A program made the translations under genes and the position numbers. Source: Tubiluchus corallicola (Eukaryota; Animalia; Priapulida). Taken from it: DNA of 64,000 bases. Positions 54,401-64,000 of this stretch are shown piece after piece (positions within the stretch are counted from its first letter, which is position 1; each line of letters starts with the position of its first letter). The stretch covers positions 620,001-684,000 of the forward strand of contig JAQGDQ010000043.1 of the NCBI GenBank assembly GCA_030141605.1. Direction: 5' to 3'. The notes under the pieces are model-generated. The model saw nothing but the letters and a program-made list of their open reading frames with translations. It was not told where the DNA came from and ran no database searches.

Positions 54401-56910
54401 ACCAAGTCATCCAAGGCTTATAACGTAAAATGCCGATTTGTGGTTAGTGATGAAGTAACGCCTACTGCAATATACAATGTGGAGTAAGTAGCATTGACCA
54501 ATAGTGTCATTTTACTCTTCTACTTCTTTCTCTCTCACCCCTCTCCATCCTCACTGTGTTTGCTTCCACTCTCTCTTTCACTCCCTACCTCCCTCTGTTT
54601 TTCTGTTCTCTCATTACATATCTTGCTGCTTCTTTCTTTGGATTTACTTTAAGATAGTATTATGCTAAAATTAAAATAAAATTAAAATATTATAGATAAA
54701 ATATACTAATAACACAGGAAATTTGCTAGATTCATTACATTTGAAATGCTATCAATACTGATAACATATTAAATCACAGAACTGCTCTTTGACTAATTCA
54801 AAAAATTAATAATTTTACTCTATTAGAGATATTCCCGTGATACAAATCAATAAAAAAGCTCGACCTTCGATGCTAGCACTGAAAATATTTGACCTTGACG
54901 GAGAAGAAGTATTGGATGTGGATCTCGGGCAGGAGTTGATGCTAACAGCTTTTGTTTCAGGTAAGTAAAAAGTTCATTCACTCCATTATTTGTGGAGCTT
55001 TCTCATTCCAACAAAATAAGTTAAAATATATACACAGTTGTTGAACATAATCAAAATGATATAAGGTAACTGGTGTGAAATGAACTCGGATGTGACGCAA
55101 TACAGCTTATCATGTCTTTCAGCTGCAAACAAAACTGACGCGACTATAAACTTATTGCTAAGAGTGCTTTTCTTTTTACAGAAGGGTATGGCGTTTTCGT
55201 TCGCAACTGCATAGCCATCTCAACGAGTGATCTAACGAGCATGCTGACATTAATTGGTAGTGACGGTTGCCCGGTGTATGAAGACATTATTTCTGAATTT
55301 CGTCCCTTAGATAATGGAAATGGTGTTGTGGCAAAGCTGGAAAGCTTCAAATTTCCTGGGGCCGACAACGTTCTTATTGAATGTGACGTGGAGGCGTGCG
55401 TACGCCGCTGCACATCCGTAAGTTATGTACACTCCTAAAGTGATGTCTTCTCTTCAAAAGTTTTATCCAGAAAAAAATGTTATGATATCCAGTAAACAGT
55501 ACAATGCAAGTAAAGTATGATTAGTTGCAAACTTTTTGTAAATAAAGGAACAGTAATGTAAACGCGCTGCACATACTGAAATACATGTAGTTTCACATCA
55601 CACAATCTTGAAATATAAATTATAGAAGATGCTATTTAATAATTTACAATTAAAAATATTTTGAATGGGGAAAGTTGTTATATTAATCTGTATATAACAC
55701 ATGAAGTACCACATATCTATGTTTATATTCAAAAACAGAAATCTGCCTCTGTAGATCCATGGCTAACCTTCTTTCATATTCTTATTAAAGGCTCGCTGTG
55801 TAGATGGTTTGCGTTCTTATGGACGTAGGAAGAGAAACGTTGATGTCCAAAAAATTTCTCATGAGCAACACTCGATCATAGAACTAGGAGGTTTGGAACA
55901 GCACACACAATCAGAAGAACACACAACTCAAAATTTGGAATACCTGCCATCAGTTCATGGAACCAAAATCACAAAAATGTTAGTGATTCACAACAACAAA
56001 CCAAGTGAAAAGAGTAGAAGAAGAGGTAACAATATTATAAACCGTGCCTCTTCGGTTTATTGGTGAATGATGAAACAAGACATAGAAGCGATCATTACTA
56101 CTTACACTCCTTCCATAAATAAATAAATAGCATCCCTCTGATGCTACCTGACTTGTTCAAGGTAAACTTATTCATTTAAGTATGGACCTTACAGCTCAAC
56201 AGAGTATGAGATAATCATAAGCGCTGCTATTCTTAATAATTGTGCCAAGCACATACAAGAATCTCAGTGAGACTACAGTCAAAGGGTTAAATGCAAAACT
56301 GTACTTGTTTGTTCAAAGGCATAGGAGTTCTAAATTAAAATCTGGCTAAAATTTACAACTCCCAAAAAAAGAAATTAGTTCGTGAAGCAGATTAGGGTTA
56401 GGGCTAGGGTTGAGGTTAAGGTTAGAGTTAGGATTGGATTAGGTTAGGGTTATAGTTGGCATTAGAGTATTTAAATTGCGTGGGGAATTGTAAACTCCTT
56501 CCGAAAATCTTAACAAAAATCCTATGCAGTTTAAACACCCGTTTTGGAGGTGAAATGTTAGTTTTTTTACACAAGTTTTTATCATTATCTAATTTACTAT
56601 TACAGAAGTTCATGCAGAAGATGACCACATCTCAGCCCCATCAAGGTCATCCGTGACATTTACGGAAACAACAAACTTGTGTGTGTCTGAACAAACTTTA
56701 GCTGCATCGCTGGCAGCAACAGCATTGTTATCTGCATTTTTATCTATGATTGTGTCGTGTCTGCTCACGCAAAAATATATTTCGAAATGTCAGCGTGGTA
56801 ACAAAAGCAGTGATTTGAAAAACTCGAGAAACTGTGAGAATGTTGATATGACAAACTGGAGTCTTGGGTTGAAACTACCCATAGGTATATGCAAATCTTA
56901 TGTGTCATAG
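39418..56910 (+). CDS. Dumpy/FBN-1-like EGF-ZP transmembrane matrix protein (~788 aa): signal peptide, Dumpy-type N-terminal module, EGF, 6 cbEGF, ZP, furin site, TM
   Basis: Phase-consistent exons: 39418-39448 (tentative first), 45481-45524, 46950-47127, 47963-48067, 48289-48405, 49769-49897, 50438-50560, 50924-51043, 51899-52021, 53466-53630, 54024-54208, 54347-54483, 54827-54960, 55182-55417, 55791-56025, 56606-56910; total 2367 nt. Six D-[I/V/L/E]-[N/D]-E-C cbEGF exons; ZP motifs VMCFRDHMTV, LIGSDGCP, SFKFPG..VLIECDVEAC; RRKR cleavage site; TM LAASLAATALLSAFLSMIVSCLL. Confidence 0.88.
40684..40817 (+). mobile_element. TTAGGG-bearing short element, copy 2
   Basis: ggctaaagttt...aattagttcatgaaacggattagggttagggtcagg...gtatttaaat. 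Confidence 0.7.
40993..41912. mobile_element. Foldback-like element, AAAGGACCAC family
   Basis: Left arm of degenerate aaaggaccac units (~41000-41110) and inverted right arm of gtggtccttt units (~41745-41910). Confidence 0.6.
41175..41687 (+). repeat. 59-bp tandem minisatellite, 8 full copies plus 1 partial
   Basis: Unit aaaggaccaccagcagatatagtggcgacaccattgtgttacaggccaacgcgagttac at 41175, 41234, ... 41647. Copies are nearly identical. Confidence 0.97.
42740..43125 (+). mobile_element. Decayed L2 LINE 3' end
   Basis: RIQFKVLVFAFKSLKGKAPP, GRVFSVCGARLWNWLP, FKKFLKTHCFRKAF. Confidence 0.8.
43920..45420. mobile_element. Foldback-like element with inverted 17-18-bp minisatellite arms (GGACATTTGGACAC)
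   Basis: Left arm 43945-44160 is (ggacatttggacacata)n. Right arm 45283-45410 is (tgtgtccaaatgtcct)n. Confidence 0.75.
47830..47917 (+). mobile_element. tRNA-derived SINE copy
   Basis: B-box gggttcgaatccc, followed by the tail gcaaaattt.ccagactttctaatttagt shared with the 53699 copy. Confidence 0.65.
49316..49628. mobile_element. EnSpm/CACTA-like MITE
   Basis: AT|cccaggcagcaca ... tgtgctgcctggg|AT: perfect 13-bp TIR, 2-bp TSD, internal caatatt/atattg subrepeats. Confidence 0.8.
51123..51412. mobile_element. PIF/Harbinger-like MITE
   Basis: TTA|ggggccacccacgtatgaagatatcaa ... ttgatatcattacatgaggatggcccc|TTA. Confidence 0.8.
53699..53805 (+). mobile_element. tRNA-derived SINE copy
   Basis: gcctctgtagtgcaatggttagcacaactgcc (A-box), a degenerate B-box and the shared tail ccagactttctaatttagt. 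Confidence 0.65.
56344..56503 (+). mobile_element. TTAGGG-bearing short element, copy 3
   Basis: ggctaaaatttacaactccc ... gattagggttagggctagggtt ... tggggaattgtaaactccttccg. Confidence 0.75.
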
Positions 56911-59086
56911 CACATTTCTCTACATAGTAATATTTTTATATTTTTTTATATCGGTATCTTTTTGTAGTGCTGACCAAGTGCTCACAAAATACAGTAAAAG
57001 GTATGTTTTTTACTTTTTTATGGAAGTCTCTAATGAAAAACATATTAAATGAGTACAAAACATTAGAAGATTATACAAGTTATACAAGTGTGTTGCAACT
57101 GATTAAAAATAAAGTAAATTATTAATGTTCATCAACTTTGTACAATAACATTTTGAACACTTTACACATTAAGCATTAACCAAAAAAGTATTGTGATGAA
57201 ATATGTTTTAAACGTCATCAAAATGGTTAATGCGGGTTGGCTGCTCTCACTACACAGAGCCGAGGATTGTCATATTGAAATTTACTGTTTTTATGAGATT
57301 TTAACATTGGTTGATGTCACAAATTCAGCTTTTTCATTACTCTCACTACTCCTGCAAGTTTTCAAAATGAGTTTTATTGAAATCACTCACATTCAAATTC
57401 AAAACACAAAAGAACTAAGCATATGGAAACATTGTATCTATATACATTCACTGTACAGCATATATCATACCTGGATAATTGTACAATGCAAACAAAAGTT
57501 AAAAATCTGACTATACAGAAAATATTAGGCTCATTATCACTGCTGAAATTATATTACTAATGTTGATTATGTAGTTACAAAACACAGCAAAATGACATAT
57601 AGCAATAAAAACAAAAACTAAATAGTCGCAAATTCTATAAAAAAGGATATAAACATAAAATACTAAAAGATTCCTTCAAAATTCTCACATTGAATAAGAC
57701 ACACAATGGCTTAAGCATCCAAGCAAAAAAAGTATGACCGCAGCAACACATTAAAGACAAAGCTTGGGGGCTCTAGGCAATTGATGGCCTATTTTTTGTG
57801 CCCCTCAAGGTTAGTGCCGTCCCCACGGTCCCCATCACCGCACACACAAAATTGAATTTCCGCTGTATTTTATAAAGTATAATGCTACCTGCATATTAGG
57901 CTTGTGCATGTATTAGAGTGTACAAATTAAGTGTTGCTAATTACTTATCTACAGCTTGCGTTAATTTCATTTGAAATTGAACTTATGACTCTATTGTATG
58001 TCCTGGGTCTTCAAGAGCGACAAAAATTTCTACAAGTTCTGTCACATAATGTTCATGTACACAAGCATGACTGTTACCCCTTTTACCTTTCCTTTCCCGT
58101 ATTACGCTCCTAAAGGCTTCGATTCTTTTAGATTTATCCGCCATAATTAGATAAACGCTAATGCAAGAAACTTTTTTTATTAAATGAACACATCATTAAT
58201 GTCTGCATAGGATGTCGTAATCTGAGGAAGCAGCAGGTAAAGCAAAAGTGTTTTGCTTAGGGAAGACAGCTGCGTGTTAGCATCGATGAGTCATAACACC
58301 TGCTTAATAATGCTAGCAATTTGTTTGATTAAACTAAAGTAGTGTTGTGTAGTTGAGCAATGTCTCAACACTGTGTTACTACTTATACTAAAGTTAAACT
58401 TAAAAATTAAAGAATTACTTCCAGAATTTGGCACCATAGGGAACTGTCTAGTTTGCCTAGTTATAGAACCGGCCCTGGATTAAATACAAATACAGAAAAA
58501 AGACTATGGTGTATGAAAGTATAAATGTACATATAGGACTAGTAATTATTATAAATATTAAGCAACAGCCAATAAACAAAACAACACTCTTGTAAATAAT
58601 TAACAGAAAACATAAAGATGCTAGAATGGAAAAATAGTAACTGGTGCATTAGTATAAATGATGAATATATAACTCTCAAAATATCTAAACAAAAATATAA
58701 GTATAAAATAAAATAAAACTATAGCAATGAATGACAAATGGACTATCATTTATATTTTTAACTATAACTCTTATTCTGAAACCAGCAACTTACAAAAGTT
58801 CCTTTAGCCAAAAAGCTTAACCTCAAAAATAGAGTACGAAATACAAATCTACCTGCATCAGTTGACAGAAATCTGAGTAAATAACAAACTAAATTATCCC
58901 TTACTTGAAAAATAATGGCATAGCCAATTTCACAATGAGATCATTCAGTTTTTAAGCAGAAAAAATTACCAATTAATAATACCTGCATAAAAAACTCATG
59001 TTAACTCTGTGATTTGGTGTCACCAAGGTCTCATCACATCATCCTGTTCTTCATGGTTTAAACAAGGCTAAGGGCTTCTAGCACCG

Positions 59087-62000
59087 CTAGCAATCAAAGT
59101 CATAGTCATCCATGCCAAAACCACACTCATCTATGCCAAAACCATAGTCATCCATATCTGAAAACAAATGCATTATCTATATTCTTCAACAACCATTTGA
59201 CGTGAAGGAATTGTAATGGTATTCTACTAAGATTTTTATCCATTAAGATAAGTGTACACAGCCATCACAGCACCTTTTCAATACCATATCATCTTATTTA
59301 GTAAGAACTTAGTAAAATCTTCGATGTCAGAACATATTCTGTAAAATGTACAGGACTGTATTCATAAATTTGTAGTAATGCATTATCAATTGTTTTTAAC
59401 TGTAGAAGCTGGTAAACATACTATATTCATTAGTTCTTTATATTGTATTATTTTGTATTATTAGTTTGTTGAAGGCAACAAAAAACATATCCATTTGTTA
59501 TAAAACCAGTTTCTATTTTCTAAAGCCGTTTTAACCTAGATCTGATACTTCTATTTCATATTGAATTCAATGTTGACATTCACTCTTATAAAGCTTAGGA
59601 ATAACTAAGTACCTGTGTTTTGCAAATATTATTGATACTGTAGGACCTTATTACCATGGTATTTTATCGCACTAATTCAATTATGTTGTTTAGATCGATC
59701 CCAAACAAAATTAACTTGTAGGTCCAACGTTGGCCCTGTAAATGACTTGCCATTGCCCACTGATGGCAGCCAACATTGGTTCAGCCTGTTCTGCTCAGCA
59801 AATGGTTGGGCAGCGTTGGCTCCAATATCGGGTTGGCTTTTACAATGAAATTTGCTTAGGCACAATATATGCTATATACTTATACTATCACATATTAATC
59901 CTCCTTGAATTCATGTGCAGAAGGTATGGGACCAAGTCTAGAATATATAATTTGCCTGAAAGGACATGCATTTTTCTTTTATAGTGTAATTCCAAGTCTA
60001 CAACTACTACTACATTAATTAGTTCTCTTTTGCATTATTCATTAGTTTTAGAGCCATAATGTTTTTTAAAACTCACCACCCGTAATATGGTCAGCTTTGT
60101 CTGGTCGGAGATTAAAAATGCAACGGTTAGCCATGAGAACATTCACATTTCTGTGTTCAGCAACAACGTCCAGATCAATGCTAGTTTCTGCAATGCAGAC
60201 AATTCATTCACATATTGCATTACTAAAATGATCAACAACAACAAATATTTAATAACTGCCAAACAGAATAACGTTATGCTATACTGTTTGACCGTGATTG
60301 TGCAAGTGTTGATACAATGTCTTGTCATGTACGGCAATTACACTACGTGCAAAGTTAAGCAACACCGAGTTTTAGTAAATAAATGTGTGATCACCAGGAA
60401 ACTACTTCTGTGTAGCAAAGGCATATGCACATTGCCCTTAACCAGTTTTCAAAAAAAGAAGAATGTACATATACAATTAAAAGTGGCGAATACATAGTTG
60501 CCACTTCAGTGTTTCATCTTATCAAATTAGTGAAGAATTTAGCAGTTAAACGTTTCTCATCGTTCTTGAAAATATGGTAAATGTTGTTGCCAATTTATCA
60601 GATTTCTATTTATATAATAAAACTACATCATGCCCATGCTCACATGTTAGCTGAGTCATTATTCACTCCAAGATCAATTTCGAAGCATTCAGTAGGAGTT
60701 AATACAAATTTTTGTCAGATAGGCATGTGTGTACATGTAGCATTAAATTCAATGGCAGTTACTTACGACCGGCTATTAACTTAGGTGCACTGTTAATATC
60801 CCTGAGGATGGCAGAGTCTATGAGAGCATAAAGCAGCTTATTAGAGATGAGAATATTGCCACTGATGTCTAGTTCTGCCAGTTTCAGACAAGAGTTAGCT
60901 ACTGTACAAACTCCTGAAAATATAAATAATTTATCTTAAGGAAAGTTATGTATAAATAGTGCCATTCATTTTATATGGTTAGTTTTATGAATGTAAAACA
61001 CATTGTGAATGAATGAATGCTACTAATGTAAAAAAAAATTATAAAGTGGAATGAATCCAAATTTGTTAGAAACGTAAAATGATTTTCCAAACAGTTGTAA
61101 AAATTTGCAGACTTGAATTCAAACAGATCACCACGAAGTTACAGTTTCCCAAATAAAAACATTTTTAATTATATTTTATGCTAGAAGTTGACATTATCTT
61201 CTTTTACACAATTTGTCACACAGCAAGACTGAATTCAGCATTCAAAGACCAGGACTGCTTAGCACAGTGGTGGGACCAGAATCTAGCATATTATTAATGT
61301 TAAGATAAACCGTTGAATATGCATACCCTAATGACGAACATAGCAGTTCCTTTCTGTCTACAATACAGTATGTACTGACTTAATTTCAGCTAATTATTTT
61401 GCAGAAGATTGCACATTAGAAGTTGGCATTAATTATTGTACTTAAGTTTTTTATAGGGGTATAGAATGATTATATCTATTATTGCTGGAAAAAATGTAAC
61501 AATGTACCTTCGTTAGTTATTTTAGGGCAGCCCCGAATCTCTAAGACCTTTAGAAGTCCAGCATTTGCTACTGCAATGATGCCAACATCGGTCACTTTGT
61601 CGAGGTAGTTAATACGTAATGTAGTAAGGTACTTCATGTGGGAAAGCACGAGCATTGCCTCATTAGTAATCTTCAAGCAACTTGAAAGGTCCAATGTGCT
61701 GAAATTAACAAGAAAATGGGTTAATTATGCAGAACTGGGTGGAAACACTGATTAAACCTTGATGTAACTCTAGCTGGTTATAACTAAGTTAAACAAAAAG
61801 ACTCAAGTTTCCCCTCTTTTAGCGGCATAACTAATAGGGGAGTAACCGCACCCCAAGCACATTTTTCAAAATTGGCGCCTTTTCAACAATTTTTAATTCT
61901 TTAGTTCACTTGTGCTATACACAAGTGAAATTGTTTATAAATACACAACTGTGCAATTTTCAAATACAAAATAACAATTACATACTTTTTTAAAACTGTA

Positions 62001-62451
62001 TCTTCCTGGTGTTTTAATTTTAAACGGAAACTTAAAGTGTATAATCAATGCGTTAAAAATTGTTTTGTACATGTCGCTGCACCTTGCTTTATGTTGCTTG
62101 CTCCCCCTAACTCTAGAACCTGACTATGTTCCTGCCCGCTTTTAGATTTCTTTCTACACTCTACAGATACCAAACACAAAAGTTATGCTAATTCTGAATC
62201 TTTCCTAGTACAGCTAATGTTACTGTCTGGCAGTGTTTGTTTAAACAAAACGACACGTCACTAATTACACGTGGATAAAAATTCAAGGAAATTCTGTATG
62301 TTGTAATAAAAGTTTTTTTTTCGCTACCTCAGAAGTTTGCAATGTTTTCCAATGGATGCCATTACATTGTCAGTCACACTACTAACTAAGGAAAGATCCA
62401 AGTACTCCAATTTGAGCAAACATGTCAAATAATACAGGTGCGACTCCGTCA
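59087..62451 (-). CDS. F-box/LRR (AMN1/RNI-like cysteine-containing LRR) protein, 3' exons; possibly EEED8.10-like; 5' part beyond the window
   Basis: Phase-consistent minus-strand exons: 62451-62328, 61698-61508, 60913-60767, 60187-60077, 59157-59087. LRRs LEYLDLSLVSSVTD, TLDLSSCLKITN, LRINYLDKVTD, LEIRGCPKITN, LDISGNILISN, followed by an acidic tail. Confidence 0.85.
59700..59860. mobile_element. EnSpm-like MITE
   Basis: cccaaacaaaatt ... aatttgcttagg, with internal ccaacgttgg subrepeats. Confidence 0.55.
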
Positions 62452-63119
62452 CTGTGAACACAAAATAATAAATTTATAATAAGAAAATAAAATTTCCACA
62501 CTGTATGTTTCCAAACATACATGAACTTAAAAAAATATTGTCATTATTATTATTATTTATTCGAACATATTCCTACATAAATATTATTAGAAAAAAGTAT
62601 ATCTAAATTCTAAAGTATATATAAAATTACGATTTCATAACATACGAATGTAGTACAGGTGGTTGTCAATTTACGACTACAGTTTATTCTGCAGGATTGG
62701 TCGTAAGATGACTTGGATGCAAGTCAGATCTGTGTGTTCGAGCACTGTGCTGTTACATATAAGATGTTGTGTGCACACTAAGTATGCCTACATATGAATT
62801 TATCAAAACGGATAGTGTTTTGAAATGAATCTGCTTAAAAATAGACGGAAATATGAGTTACAATTTGTTCTTATAAAGTTGAGCAGTCATTCAGTTACAT
62901 AGGTTGTAAGTCGATGACTATCTGTAGTGTACTTTGTAATGTATTTTTATAATACACATACAAATATGAAATAATTTTAATTGTATGTGTATAACTTTAG
63001 TTACTGTTTTCCTGCTTTATAAACTACCAAATTTATTATATCACATAAATTCATGGTTTTAAAAACTATAAGGATATCAAGCCATTATCTTGACATTACA
63101 AGATCACAACATGTTAATA

Positions 63120-63280
63120 CAGTCGAATCCCGGTAGTAACATTCGGCTTATAACGAAATTTAGTACGACAAATTTATTATGTCCCTGCCAAGGTTATAAT
63201 AAAACCTATCTAATCACATTACTACGAAACTCGTTATTACGAAAACCCCATTTATACGACATTCCCAAAGTCCTGCCAGT
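63120..63280 (+). mobile_element. Left end of a pogo/Tigger-like element
   Basis: TA|cagtcgaatcccgg...cttataacgaa...ctcgttattacgaa, the same style as the 30405 element. Right TIR not identified. Confidence 0.55.
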
Positions 63281-64000
63281 ATAATTTTAATACAAATAAA
63301 CACTTGTAATACAATTTCTGCAGTGGTCCACGCCATCTAGACTCTAGACACTCTTCGCCTGTTGTCACAGTAACCACAGCTACGTTTTTTACAACAATTA
63401 TGTGTCATAATGTAATGCAAACGCAATTTTTTGTCATAGCTTAGTTTAAATTAGTCAATACGTTCAGCAAAGTATTCAAAGTTTAACTGGCCTCATTAAC
63501 AAATTTTGTTTATAAGAACGTAAGAAAGTAAAATTACTGATTTATTCAAGCAATAAAATGTGAGTTAGTTAATTACAGCACATTTTTACTTTAAGGGAGT
63601 TTTTGAGGTTAAAAATTGTTACAATTTAAAAATTATTCATAGAAATGAGTGTACAAACAACTACCTGCAGTCAAATTGATTGCCAAAAGTCTTCTCACTG
63701 TCATAAAAATTGGCCATTACAGTTTAAAATAGTACATGTTACTGCCTGGCTTCCCATCCCTAAACAACAAGGCCTCGCTTACATATATCCAAGTGTAATA
63801 CCACAGCAGGGGCTGTATAGTAACGTTTTGTTGGGTAGGTTGTGATGTACAGTACATTACAGACTGTACATTCGCGGCAAAAACGTACTGCTGACTCTCT
63901 GGCACCACTAACCCCTTGCTTACTTTAGAGTTTAGACTAACCAGAGCAACTGACTGGTGACACATTGATATAACTTTGCAGTTTGTACTTATGTGAAACA

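Noticed and set aside
63645-63965. ORFs as further exons of the LRR gene
   Set aside because: No LRR pattern and no phase-consistent splice sites found.

Overview
AT-rich, intron-rich animal (invertebrate) genomic DNA, not prokaryotic. Six protein-coding units were reconstructed by hand from GT-AG splice sites and reading phase. (1) The last exon of MED21. (2) A 38-aa PIG-Y-like micro-ORF in or just after the MED21 3' UTR, absent from the ORF track. (3) A TEX45/SAXO5-like axonemal protein with an RFX X-box-like motif upstream. (4) AKAP1/spoonbill (TM anchor, KH, Tudor). (5) A ~790-aa SP-EGF-ZP-TM protein whose N-terminus resembles Drosophila Dumpy. (6) The 3' part of an F-box/LRR-type gene on the minus strand. 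Introns and intergenic DNA hold decayed RTE and L2/CR1 LINEs, tRNA-derived SINEs, several MITE classes, three unrelated foldback-type elements with inverted minisatellite arms (one containing a young 59-bp tandem array), and a TTAGGG-bearing element family. The best candidates for something undescribed are the MED21/PIG-Y bicistronic or operon-like arrangement and the 'mini-Dumpy'. All homology calls rest on reference sequences recalled from memory, not database searches.
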